Below are positions 38,308 through 48,046 of a stretch of 64,000 bases of DNA, one piece after another. Within the stretch, counting starts at the first letter, position 1, and the number at the start of each line of letters is the position of its first letter. The stretch lies in sequence record OR228459.1; one strand, written 5' to 3'. A program made the translations under genes and the position numbers. The notes below the pieces were generated by a model. That model was not told the DNA's origin and made no database searches. It was given only the letters and a program-made list of their open reading frames with translations.

Positions 38308-39492
38308 CTATAATTTCCACGGTAATTGCATTAGAGATTGAAAATATCCATTGAAAATATCATTTGTTAAACAAGTTGGGTTCGTGTTTTTCCCGCAGCC
38401 CAAAATAATATTTTCATCCCTGCATATATATCCATTATAATAATTACATATAATAATATCATGTTCTTTGCAAATTATATCAGGAACTATAGTATATGTA
38501 CCTATATATTGGGGTGATGTTCCTAAACCCAACGCATAATTATAATTATTTCCAGTACTATATAATCTATTATTAATATCAACATACATGGAAACGCCAC
38601 TATGCATTGTATATACTTTACCAAAATAATTATAATCATTACATGAATTCGGTAATTCCACGGTGATCATATTACCTGATGTATTTTGATTCGTATTCGT
38701 TGTATTTCCATCACCGAATGCCCCGGCTGAATTCGTACCAATACAATATGCTGTTGACTTAGTATACGCAATCGTATTGTTAGTAGACATCCTAACCTGA
38801 AGTATAGGTTCACTTACAGTACTAAACATTCGATGAAAACGAACAATATTCTCATTATTAATGCCACCCTCAGTACTGGTTTTTATACAATATGATGCAT
38901 TCCTACCAGCACCCCACACTGTCCCGTCTTTTTTAATATATACACTATTTTGTGAAGTAATAGAACAATCTTCAACATCAGTATCTATCAATGTCAATGG
39001 GAAATATCCAGTACTACCAACACCTAATTCACCATAACGATTAAGTCCAATACCATAAAGTTCACCATTGTTTAATAATACAAATGTATTATTCTCAGGA
39101 ACTATTTTTTTAATATCTGATATATTAATAGAACTAAACAAGTTAGAGATATCAGTAAATGTCGTATACCCTGATGCTGTACCACTGTTATTCTGAATTG
39201 CTCGATCGCCTGATAAAAATATTTTATCATCATGCGAAATATATATAGTACTTCCAATCCCATTAGTACATAACTTAATATCCGATTCTGGTATTTTAAA
39301 TAAAGATCTAGGTCTATCTGATTTATGACCCAACCCCAATTGACCATATGCGTTATACCCACCAACATAGGCATCGCCGGTGCTTAATAAAATACTATAA
39401 GAAACATTAGAACTAAAACTTAAATTCATTTGTTTGATATATGGTATTTCTCTTATATTACCGTATGTCAATATCCTAGCAAATGGTATCAT
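38308..39492 (-). CDS. MIPF-tag RCC1-like beta-propeller protein
   Basis: MIPFARILTYGN; GYNAYGQLGLGH, GLNRYGELGVG. Confidence 0.8.
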   Translation of the reverse strand: MIPFARILTYGNIREIPYIKQMNLSFSSNVSYSILLSTGDAYVGGYNAYGQLGLGHKSDRPRSLFKIPESDIKLCTNGIGSTIYISHDDKIFLSGDRAIQNNSGTASGYTTFTDISNLFSSINISDIKKIVPENNTFVLLNNGELYGIGLNRYGELGVGSTGYFPLTLIDTDVEDCSITSQNSVYIKKDGTVWGAGRNASYCIKTSTEGGINNENIVRFHRMFSTVSEPILQVRMSTNNTIAYTKSTAYCIGTNSAGAFGDGNTTNTNQNTSGNMITVELPNSCNDYNYFGKVYTMHSGVSMYVDINNRLYSTGNNYNYALGLGTSPQYIGTYTIVPDIICKEHDIIICNYYNGYICRDENIILGCGKNTNPTCLTNDIFNGYFQSLMQLPWKL

Positions 39493-39530
39493 ACATTCTC
39501 CTTATTTGTACAATTATATTATATTTAATT

Positions 39531-39565
39531 AAAAATGACAGTACTTATGTAGTACTGTCATTTTT
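39531..39565 (-). terminator. intrinsic terminator
   Basis: AAAAATGACAGTACT-TATGT-AGTACTGTCATTTTT. Confidence 0.85.
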
Positions 39566-39569
39566 CTTA

Positions 39570-40373
39570 TTATGTAGTTGGGCCTACATTACTTGTGGGA
39601 AATCTACGACCACCTCCCCAAATAATACGCACACCACCCAATCCTTCATCAGTACTTGTATTACCAGCACCACGATATATGGTTGTACCCGGAACCGCAC
39701 TACCTGAACTACCACGATAATGTGCAGCAGAACCACTTCCAGATTCACCCATACCAAATAAACCAACTGCACCACCTGAAGCAGCTATACCGCCCCCTCC
39801 GCCAGCACCACCAGCACCAGAACTGCCAGATGAACTACTTGCACCATTACCACCATTACCTTCATAGCCACCAGCACCACCTGAGCCGCCTCTTTCATAT
39901 CGATAAGTACCAGAAGTCGGCCCACTACCACCTCTACCACCATCGCCGCCGCCATCGTTTATTTGACTGGCATTCTTTCCACCAACACCTCCTGACCCTC
40001 CGGCACCACTAGACATTGTAGTACCATAACTGCCCATTTTTCCACCACCAGCAATGCAAGCATTTGAGTTATTTTGTAATACATAAGAATTTCCACCATC
40101 AGAATTGGCTGTATAACCATTTACACCAACTGTAACTGATAGTACTTCACCGGGAGTTACCACTACATCATTCCTATAACTTAAACCACCGCCACCGCCA
40201 CCACCACCAGTACTTCCAGTGCCAACCCTACCACCACCGCCAACACATAATATACATATAGATTCAACATCATCTGGTACTATAAACTCAAATGTTCCAG
40301 ATTGAACCCAGACCATTTCCCCTTTTGGTGGTAATTTATTTCCGTATGTTAGCATTTTTGTAAATGGTATCAC
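39570..40373 (-). CDS. MIPF-tag glycine-rich domain protein (tail/fibre-associated type)
   Basis: GTG start, MIPFTKMLTYGN; SGTFEFIVP..LCVGGGG..GGGGGGG..GGVRIIWG. Confidence 0.75.
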   Translation of the reverse strand: MIPFTKMLTYGNKLPPKGEMVWVQSGTFEFIVPDDVESICILCVGGGGRVGTGSTGGGGGGGGLSYRNDVVVTPGEVLSVTVGVNGYTANSDGGNSYVLQNNSNACIAGGGKMGSYGTTMSSGAGGSGGVGGKNASQINDGGGDGGRGGSGPTSGTYRYERGGSGGAGGYEGNGGNGASSSSGSSGAGGAGGGGGIAASGGAVGLFGMGESGSGSAAHYRGSSGSAVPGTTIYRGAGNTSTDEGLGGVRIIWGGGRRFPTSNVGPTT

Positions 40374-40383
40374 GATTGTCTCC

Positions 40384-41517
40384 TTAATTAATTCTTATTT
40401 TAGTAAAAATATTATTTTCTGAACCATCAGATTTTTTTCCCGGTAAAACACTAATACTTCCAACTCCCCAAATATCATTTCCATCAAATATTAAAGAATA
40501 AAAAGTTCCACCCAAAATCTGTACTTTTTTGTTATCTTGTACTGTTGTAAATTTAGGAATTTCTTTAAAAATAGAGGATGCCTGTGGTAAGCCACTATAT
40601 TCAACTAGACCCGTTGCATAAAATGTACCGTTAGTACCTAAAAATATATTTCTGTTTGGTGTACCCTTTAACTTTCCTCCAATAACCATTTGGGATGGCA
40701 TGTTTATTTTGGTTGACCAAGATTTAAGCTGAGTATTTGAATTTACACCGTCACCTAATATCCCATTAATTTGCCAACCAGAACCTGCTATTGTCGTTGG
40801 TGTCCAATATGATAATGTACTAGCACGTGTTGCCATAAAGGATGATGTGCCACCATTAAGTATTATCCCCCACGTATACTTATTTTCTGAATTACCAGAA
40901 CCAAATTGACCATAAGGCTGTTGTCCCGCTCCATACAAATATACGGAAGTGGGTGAAATTCCACGAGCTATCATAGAATAGTCTCCAACATATAATTCTT
41001 GATGGTAAGTAGTACCAACTCGCGTAAATGAACTTATCCGATTTGTAGATCCTAGACCACACGCCCCATTACTATTCCAACCTCTTGAATATAATTGATT
41101 GTCGATATCAATATATCCCATAGTGTATAAACCAATATCTAATTCTTTCACCGAATCATAAGATGGCATAGTATTAGTTATATCATCACCTTCTATTGGA
41201 GATAATCCACCAGTAGTATTCTTGGTTCCTAATACATCATAGTTTCCATTAAAAATCCATTTTCCATCCTTAGTATATATTAATGTACTCTTAGAACCAC
41301 ACCAAACATCTTCTGCATTTCTATCCAGTACTACAAACTCGTAGTACTGATATGTTGCTGTGCAATCCTTTAACTGATTAGAATTGTTATAACCAATACC
41401 ATATAGTAATCCACTTTCCATTAATACCACATAATGTGTATCACCACATGATATTTTCTTTATATTACTTGGTACAACTACATTACCATATCCCAATATC
41501 CTCGCAAATGGTATCAT
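40384..41517 (-). CDS. MIPF-tag RCC1-like beta-propeller protein
   Basis: MIPFARILGYGN (start trimmed from 41535); ISCGDTHYVVLMESGLLYGIGYN, GWNSNGACGLG. Confidence 0.8.
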   Translation of the reverse strand: MIPFARILGYGNVVVPSNIKKISCGDTHYVVLMESGLLYGIGYNNSNQLKDCTATYQYYEFVVLDRNAEDVWCGSKSTLIYTKDGKWIFNGNYDVLGTKNTTGGLSPIEGDDITNTMPSYDSVKELDIGLYTMGYIDIDNQLYSRGWNSNGACGLGSTNRISSFTRVGTTYHQELYVGDYSMIARGISPTSVYLYGAGQQPYGQFGSGNSENKYTWGIILNGGTSSFMATRASTLSYWTPTTIAGSGWQINGILGDGVNSNTQLKSWSTKINMPSQMVIGGKLKGTPNRNIFLGTNGTFYATGLVEYSGLPQASSIFKEIPKFTTVQDNKKVQILGGTFYSLIFDGNDIWGVGSISVLPGKKSDGSENNIFTKIRIN

Positions 41518-41591
41518 ATATCCCCCATAATTCATGTAATTATACTATATTTAATTAAAAAAGGCTAGTACGCACTTGTACTAGCCATCTC

Positions 41592-42737
41592 TCAATTAAT
41601 AGATTTAATATCAACTTCTGCACCCAATGACAATTTAGTAAAGGTAGTTGTATCTTGACTTAAGGAAGGAAAAGAAGAACCACTATACCAAATTGTATTT
41701 CTAGTTATTATCATAGTATTAGTTGAATTAGCACATATTCCAATTATATCATTAAGTACTAACTCATCTGGCAAATTAATAATTGTCTTATTTTGGGGCG
41801 TAACCTTATTACCTAAACCCAATTGTCCACTTGTATTATTTCCAGTACAATATAAATCATTATTCACACTAAAAAATGTACCATAACGTGTTAATATAGA
41901 ATATGGATGATTGAAAAACTTATTAGCACCAACCATACTATACAAACCCGTAATACCAATTTGGGCTGTACTTCCATTACCCATACAATAATAAGTACCT
42001 AATCCCGCTCCATATATCCAACTTTGATTAATAGACATAACCGCCGATGGCATTAAACTCCATGAAATGTTAGAAGTTCTAGGAGCAGAAGCAACTTGTA
42101 CTTCATTCGGCGTAGGTGATGTTCCAAGCATCGATGGTGCATTACCAAAACCACAGATAACATCATATGCACTGAACCATTTTCGATAAGCCGTTATGCC
42201 ATTATAAAGCTGTACATCTTTAACCCTAGAAACCATTAAAGTAGGTACTGATAACATTCCATTTAAGGCAACCTTATTACTTAAACTATAAGTACTATTC
42301 CTACCAACCATATATAAATCACCATATGTGCGATCAGTCGAATTCGGTATTAAATAAGCCATGTTGTTTAAAGTAGCTGTAATGTTATAAGCATCACTAG
42401 GAATAGTAAAGGGAAGTTTGGTAAAACTATATACATTACTATTAAGCCCTAAACATGTGCGGTTGCCAGATATATAGTACTGACCATCATTTCCTTGAAT
42501 GATCACACTCATATCAGTAGCACATACCACTTTTTTAATATTACCTGCAATCAATCTCCATTCAGATAATGGTGCAGAATCACCAGTACCCAATTGACCC
42601 TGACTATTATCCCCTAATGCAAATAAATTACCAATAGAATCTATATATAATGCAAAATAATTCAATCCACAGAATTGAACTATTTTTGCATCCGGTAATG
42701 TGTTCCCATAATCCAATATCCTAGCAAACGGTATCAT
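41592..42737 (-). CDS. MIPF-tag RCC1-like beta-propeller protein
   Basis: MIPFARILDYGN; GDNSQGQLGTGD, GNNTSGQLGLGN. Confidence 0.8.
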   Translation of the reverse strand: MIPFARILDYGNTLPDAKIVQFCGLNYFALYIDSIGNLFALGDNSQGQLGTGDSAPLSEWRLIAGNIKKVVCATDMSVIIQGNDGQYYISGNRTCLGLNSNVYSFTKLPFTIPSDAYNITATLNNMAYLIPNSTDRTYGDLYMVGRNSTYSLSNKVALNGMLSVPTLMVSRVKDVQLYNGITAYRKWFSAYDVICGFGNAPSMLGTSPTPNEVQVASAPRTSNISWSLMPSAVMSINQSWIYGAGLGTYYCMGNGSTAQIGITGLYSMVGANKFFNHPYSILTRYGTFFSVNNDLYCTGNNTSGQLGLGNKVTPQNKTIINLPDELVLNDIIGICANSTNTMIITRNTIWYSGSSFPSLSQDTTTFTKLSLGAEVDIKSIN

Positions 42738-43933
42738 ATATTATCCTCTCTTAAATTAAAATCTGTTATTAATGTAAAATTCTCAGATAATGGTGTACTT
42801 AATGGCGTAAATCCAACACCAGCACTTGTTGTTAACCCCGAACCCTTTGCATATAGTAACGGGGCCATATTCAATGCACAAAGAGCAAACATCCTCGTAT
42901 TTGTATAAGCCCTATATGTGTTCCCATTGCCCTGTACTGTATATCTTGGCGTGAATGTGAGAAGACGATCTCCACCACCTCCATCCATATAACCCGCAAA
43001 ATATAGTACACCATTAGTATCAGATAGGATATTCGTCCAATACGTCTGGATGGATGTCCCAAATAGTGATAATAAATTACCCGGCTTAAATGCTAATTGT
43101 GCAGTATATAACCGAACATTCGCATCTACACTAATATTACCTATCCCCCACGCACCAGCATAATTTCTTCCTGAACAATAATATTTTCCGTCCGTCCTAA
43201 AAAGCATAAAATGTGTTTGACTTATACGAAATGCATTATATTCATAATCTACCTCAGATGTAGCCTCAGAAAATAATTGTGTCCATGTAGTATATACAGT
43301 ACTTTGAGATGTAGTCTGCATCTGTTGATAAGTGTTATCTCCAGTACCCCAAAATGTTCCATCCAAATCCTGATATACTCCATTAATATTCGTTATCCAA
43401 CAATCCTGTACTGACGATTTTAATAGTACTGGCGTGAAACTAGGAGTTTTATTAGCACTACCAAAGTAACCATAATCGTTTTTTCCATGTGCATATAATG
43501 AACCATCATTCAACAAAATATAAACTGTGTTGTAATTCATTGTTATTTTCTTAATCTTTAATATATCAAAATACGTAGAATAAAATGAAGTCTTATCAAC
43601 CCATGTGGCTGTATTACTAGTACCATCATATATCGTCTGACGACCTGTATAAAATAATTTATCATCATTCGATAATACAAACGTTCCATATGTACTACCC
43701 CATGCAGTCTTTACATCCCTCTTAACTAAATGCATCTCACCATAGTAATTTACACCAACTGGAAAACCCAAAACATATCCATAATTCTTATCACAGGTTC
43801 CCCATAACTCTCCATTATTCAAATGCATCCACATCGTCGCGGCGGTATTATCCGAATCCAAAAAGAAGTCAATCACTTTTGCGGGTGCTGCTACCTTATT
43901 CCCATACTCTAATATCCTAGTAAATGGTATCAT
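42734..43933 (-). CDS. MIPF-tag RCC1-like beta-propeller protein
   Basis: MIPFTRILEYGN; LLNDGSLYAHGKNDYG, GRNYAGAWGIG. Confidence 0.8.
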   Translation of the reverse strand: MIPFTRILEYGNKVAAPAKVIDFFLDSDNTAATMWMHLNNGELWGTCDKNYGYVLGFPVGVNYYGEMHLVKRDVKTAWGSTYGTFVLSNDDKLFYTGRQTIYDGTSNTATWVDKTSFYSTYFDILKIKKITMNYNTVYILLNDGSLYAHGKNDYGYFGSANKTPSFTPVLLKSSVQDCWITNINGVYQDLDGTFWGTGDNTYQQMQTTSQSTVYTTWTQLFSEATSEVDYEYNAFRISQTHFMLFRTDGKYYCSGRNYAGAWGIGNISVDANVRLYTAQLAFKPGNLLSLFGTSIQTYWTNILSDTNGVLYFAGYMDGGGGDRLLTFTPRYTVQGNGNTYRAYTNTRMFALCALNMAPLLYAKGSGLTTSAGVGFTPLSTPLSENFTLITDFNLREDNI

Positions 43934-43962
43934 ATTATCCCCCTATAATTATCATTATATCA

Positions 43963-43968
43963 TATTTA
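43963..43968 (-). promoter_or_regulatory. late-type promoter core TAAATA heading the array
   Basis: Also at 41548, 39522, 38251, 35162 and 30395, each 28-31 nt before an MIPF start. Confidence 0.65.
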
Positions 43969-44347
43969 CCCATATATATACCCTTTTTAATATATTAGAA
44001 AACTCTATAGTACTACCATATATACACCATATAAACGCATAGAAAGCCATAAGAGAAGACTTCTCCAATATTATACACAGGTGTAGCTCCTGTAGATAGC
44101 GGCTCTTAGACGCTTATCGAAAGGATTCAACACCTGTAAAAATACCCAATTGTTAATATGTACAGTACTTTTACTTTTAAAATTATTCAGGAAATAGTTA
44201 CACATTGAACTATATTAGTAAGTACTAATGGAAGCTACTATTCAGTACTTACCCCCTTCCGCTATATCTTCTCTGTATAAGAAGATAGAAAAGTACTAAA
44301 AAGTACTACACACCTTTTTTACAAAGTACCATTCAACCTTTTTCCCG

Positions 44348-44436
44348 AAAGTACTCCATCCTAAATCCCAATCCTAGAAATTTTGGAGTACCCTCCAACC
44401 TCCAGCTAAAATCTCAAAAGTACTCCATCCTAAATC
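44348..44436 (+). repeat. 20-bp direct repeat pair in the non-coding boundary
   Basis: AAAGTACTCCATCCTAAATC near 44348 and again near 44417. Confidence 0.75.
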
Positions 44437-45244
44437 TGAATCAACAAAATGCTGGACAACCATTCAGTACTAAATTATAATGTTATTAGTGGGAATCTAC
44501 CCTCGTATATATGATGCTGTATATAATATCAGTACTGAACGAATTAACAGTATTAGTAGATATACCAGTACTGAAAATATTTTGAAAATAGTTGTTGACA
44601 CCGTGGGAATATTTTGACATAATACACGGCATGGAAGATGTGGTGAGTTATCATCCTGACTTCTGTCTTGTTTATGAAAATAGATTGAAACAGTACTAAC
44701 ACGTTTATAACAACGTAACAGTACTGATATGAAGTGAAAAGTATTACCCACCAGCTTAAGCTGGTGGATGTGGTTAGAATAATAAGAAGGGGAATCCCCA
44801 ATCATACGATGAACTATATTCAATTCTACCAGTACTGCGAATAGTTACTCCACAAGAATGAGAAGACTGTTGTAGTACTGAACTTTTTATGACGAGAAAA
44901 TTTGAATAGATTTTGGGTGTACTTATCCTGTACTCTGGACGGATTAAGGGCGTGTTTGATTCTCATTCGCATATAAGAATGATAAACTTTCTCAACATGA
45001 GAATGGTTCTCAGTTGCAAATAAGAATAGTTCTCAAATGAGAATAATAATGATTATCGTTTTCAGTACTAGACTAATTTTTCCATTGGCTAGCCTACCGC
45101 GACGGAATATAATATTCCGGCAGTATCACGAATCAGCTTGTTTTAAATCTGCCGTTATTATCTCAATATCTGGGTAGAATGTCAAGCTAATATTTTAAAA
45201 AATAAATGCTTGACACGTTGGCAGTACTTTGCTATTATATACAC

Positions 45245-45300
45245 ATAGCAAGAACAATGCTCAAGCCCACAGGGTGCGGAGGTGTATTCGTTAAAAGCTA
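45245..45300 (+). ncRNA. candidate small RNA, CCC-NNN-GGGTGC family copy 1
   Basis: TTGACA(45210)-17-TATTAT; AGCA-AGAACAA-TGCT then GCCCACAGGGTGCGGAGGTGTAT; 3' end approximate. Confidence 0.5.
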
Positions 45301-45319
45301 AATGCGAATGATTATCATT

Positions 45320-45374
45320 TCGCTCATATGATACATTTCCGCACCCTCTAGGGTCTCCGCTTTCTCGCGTCTAT
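45320..45374 (-). ncRNA. candidate small RNA, family copy 2
   Basis: TTGACG(45409)-17-TATAAT; CGC-GAGAAA-GCG then ACCCTAGAGGGTGCGGAAATGTATC. Confidence 0.5.
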
Positions 45375-45559
45375 ATAGTAATTATACGGTAATGCGGTTT
45401 ATGCGTCAAGTACTTTTTTAAAGAAAATCGAAAATAATTTAGTACTATATGTATATAAGGAAGGAAAAAGAATTTTCAAAAAGTACTTGCATTCTAATTT
45501 AACCTATTGCATAATAGCTACATCGAAACGAGATACACAAACACATTAAGGAAAACGAT

Positions 45560-45793
45560 ATGATTCGCATTGTTCGCATTAATTACTCTACCGGTGAAGC
45601 TGATAAAGTAGCGGTTATTGTATCAGAAAAGAATGATGATCATCTACACAATACGCTGATGCGTTTTGTTAGTGCGGTTGACCGTTGGGCTAGTATTGAG
45701 TACTTAGAAACGTTTAAAGTCCCTGCCGTCCAGCTTAACGGGCATGATATTAAAGCAATTTGGAATGCTGACGAAATGATCGCGAACATGTAA
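45560..45793 (+). CDS. hypothetical protein
   Basis: Own promoter and SD AAGGA. Confidence 0.75.
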   Translation: MIRIVRINYSTGEADKVAVIVSEKNDDHLHNTLMRFVSAVDRWASIEYLETFKVPAVQLNGHDIKAIWNADEMIANM

Positions 45794-46098
45794 TTATTTC
45801 AAGTACTATCAAAATTTACTTGACTTACTTTGATAGTACTTTATAATACTTACATACAAACGAAGTACTATTAAGGAAAGCATTATGATCACTATCGAGA
45901 AAATCCGTTTAGCAGTAGAAGAACTGATCGCGGCTGGCTGGATTGTCGCAGAAAGTGAAGAAGAAATTAACATTGTAGTAAATGGTATGTATTCAGTTAT
46001 GACAAACGTGGAGTAAGTTAGTATTAAAAGTACTTGCATTTACTTAGCGAGTACTTTATAATACTTACATACAAACGAAACACTATTAAGGAAATATC

Positions 46099-46716
46099 AT
46101 GGAAAACATTATCGACGTTATCAAGTCTGTTTCTTATGCTGATCTGAATGAAGCACAAAAAGAAAAAGCTATTGAGATCATGCGAGAGTTAGAGAATCAA
46201 GAAATGACTCCGTTTTGGTCTGTAGATATTACTGATCAATGGAAAGAAACTTTAGACACTGAATACGGCATTACTGATGCAGTGATTTATTGGTCTGGTT
46301 TTTGTTCACAAGGTGACGGTGCATCGATTAGTACTGAATACTATATTGATATTGAGAAGTTTTTACGTAAATGTAAAGCGTGGTCAAAATTCCGTGTACT
46401 GCACAAAATTATTGACCGTGAAGAAATTCATGCTAAGATTGATCGTAGCTCAAGCCGTTACAATCATGAAAACACTGTAAGCGGTAGCGTAGAGCTTGAT
46501 TATAACATTGATTGGACGGCGAAGCAGGAAAGCGAAGCTGAACGCTTAGAAGAATTTTTGACCGAAACTATTCGCGAACTTTCTTGTAAGCTGTATAAAG
46601 AACTTGATAATGAGAATGATTATCAAAACAGCGATGATGCCCTTTGGTCTACCATTGAAGCAAATGAATATGATTTTGCTGTAAACTCAAACGGCGACGT
46701 TTTGCGTATCGCCTAA
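46099..46716 (+). CDS. conserved-looking phage hypothetical protein
   Basis: YADLNEAQKEKAIE..IYWSGFCSQGDGAS pattern; own promoter and SD. Confidence 0.8.
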   Translation: MENIIDVIKSVSYADLNEAQKEKAIEIMRELENQEMTPFWSVDITDQWKETLDTEYGITDAVIYWSGFCSQGDGASISTEYYIDIEKFLRKCKAWSKFRVLHKIIDREEIHAKIDRSSSRYNHENTVSGSVELDYNIDWTAKQESEAERLEEFLTETIRELSCKLYKELDNENDYQNSDDALWSTIEANEYDFAVNSNGDVLRIA

Positions 46717-46999
46717 AGTACTGACATACTGTAAAACGCTCTATAACGCATTGTAGGGCGTTTTAAGGAATAGCAGTATCATTTATCATCTTAATTAATT
46801 AAACGGCGTAGACGGCGATTTATGAGCAAACAAGATATATTGAAAGGGGATGTTTTATACTGGTTAGATCCTGATGATGGGATCTGTTCTGGATGGGTAA
46901 CAGTATTAGACGTTAATACTACAGTACTGGTAAAAGGTGCAACGGCAGAATTTGAAGTGCTACCCGAAGAACTTTATTCGCATGAAGTTTAAAAAGTAC

Positions 47000-47056
47000 T
47001 TGCAAAGTAAATCTAAAAGCGTATAATGATTTGCATAGGGGGAAACATCTTCCCCC
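47000..47056 (+). promoter_or_regulatory. promoter + 5' leader hairpin cassette (family A), first of 10 copies
   Basis: TTGCAA..TATAAT..CATAGGGGGAA-ACATC-TTCCCCC; also near 48957, 49311, 50076, 52144, 53671, 54826, 61546, 62402, 63099. Confidence 0.8.
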
Positions 47057-47076
47057 CACTATTAAGAGAAACGATT

Positions 47077-47517
47077 ATGACTATCTACTATCTGACTTAT
47101 AAAACCGCCGACAATGTAACTGATGCTAATGTGACCGCAAACACGGTACAGGAAGCAATGGAAGTACTGAAAGCGGAACTACCTGATATTCAGATCGTTT
47201 GTGTAGTTGATACCGAAACGAATCTTAAAACTATTATTGACCACTATGATTATTTCCGTGGGCGTAAGTTACAGGACTGGTATCATATCGAAATAGAAAC
47301 ACGTGAACTACCAGAAGAACAACAGCACTTTGAGCAGGGTACTAGCATTTGGGTTACTACCGATAAACGCATATATTTCTGTTCACGCATACACGTTAAC
47401 AAGCGTGTTAAAATTGGGGCAGATTCATATAGTGGACTGTTTACAAATAGTAACCTACTAAATGACAAGTACATAAAAGTTTATGAGCGTTTTGGAACTG
47501 ATATTTACGCTTCATAA
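47077..47517 (+). CDS. hypothetical protein
   Basis: Track ORF trimmed to ATG 47077. Confidence 0.75.
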   Translation: MTIYYLTYKTADNVTDANVTANTVQEAMEVLKAELPDIQIVCVVDTETNLKTIIDHYDYFRGRKLQDWYHIEIETRELPEEQQHFEQGTSIWVTTDKRIYFCSRIHVNKRVKIGADSYSGLFTNSNLLNDKYIKVYERFGTDIYAS

Positions 47518-47519
47518 TA

Positions 47520-47613
47520 TCACAAAGGGGAAGCAATTGCTTCCCTGTTTATTTGTACAGTACTATAATCTATAGATACAATACCGCACCCCGTGGGCTA
47601 ATGTGTTTTCATG
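47520..47613 (-). ncRNA. candidate small RNA, family copy 3
   Basis: TTGACA(47648)-17-CATAAT; CATGAAAACACATTAGCCCACGGGGTGCGGTATTGTATC; ends at hairpin GGGAAGCAATTGCTTCCC. Confidence 0.55.
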
Positions 47614-48046
47614 GGTATTATTATGCCAGTACTACAAACATTTGTCAATCATTATTTTCAATTAATTTAAACGCACTGTAACACTGTATAAGGCGTTTTG
47701 TTATTAAGGTAAGCAAACGTATTGAGTACTATCTAAAAGGCCGTTGTGGGCTTGCTGGTGGCGTTGTGTTGTAGTATTGAAATATAAGGAAAATATAAAA
47801 AAGGCTGTCAATGATTAAAAAAGTACTTGACGGATTGATTTAGTACTGTCATAATGTATCACATAGAGCGGCGGGATGGATAAACATTCCTAAGTAGACA
47901 GCCAGTAAGTCATACGAAAGACTGGTGCCGAACTGAAAGAAAGATTGAAAAGAGTTTTAAAAAGTACTTGACAAGCTGGTGGGAAATTGAGATAATGACC
48001 CCGTAGACAGCAAACAACCTAATTAAACTTTAAGAGGAAATATACA

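Noticed and set aside
39656-40012. His-rich + strand ORF
   Set aside because: Antisense shadow of the Gly-rich gene (GGT codons read as CAC/CAT on the opposite strand in a shifted frame).
29720-43933. Diversity-generating retroelement or invertase shufflon driving the array
   Set aside because: No reverse transcriptase, TR/VR pair, recombinase or inverted cassettes in the window; all genes are co-oriented.
44077-44137. tRNA-like start (ACAGGTG-TAGCTC...CACCTGT)
   Set aside because: Only about 61 nt, no TTCGA T-arm and no proper anticodon arm; just an 8-bp closing stem.
44497-44823. - strand ORFs in the non-coding boundary
   Set aside because: No SD, low-complexity composition driven by AGTACT repeats.
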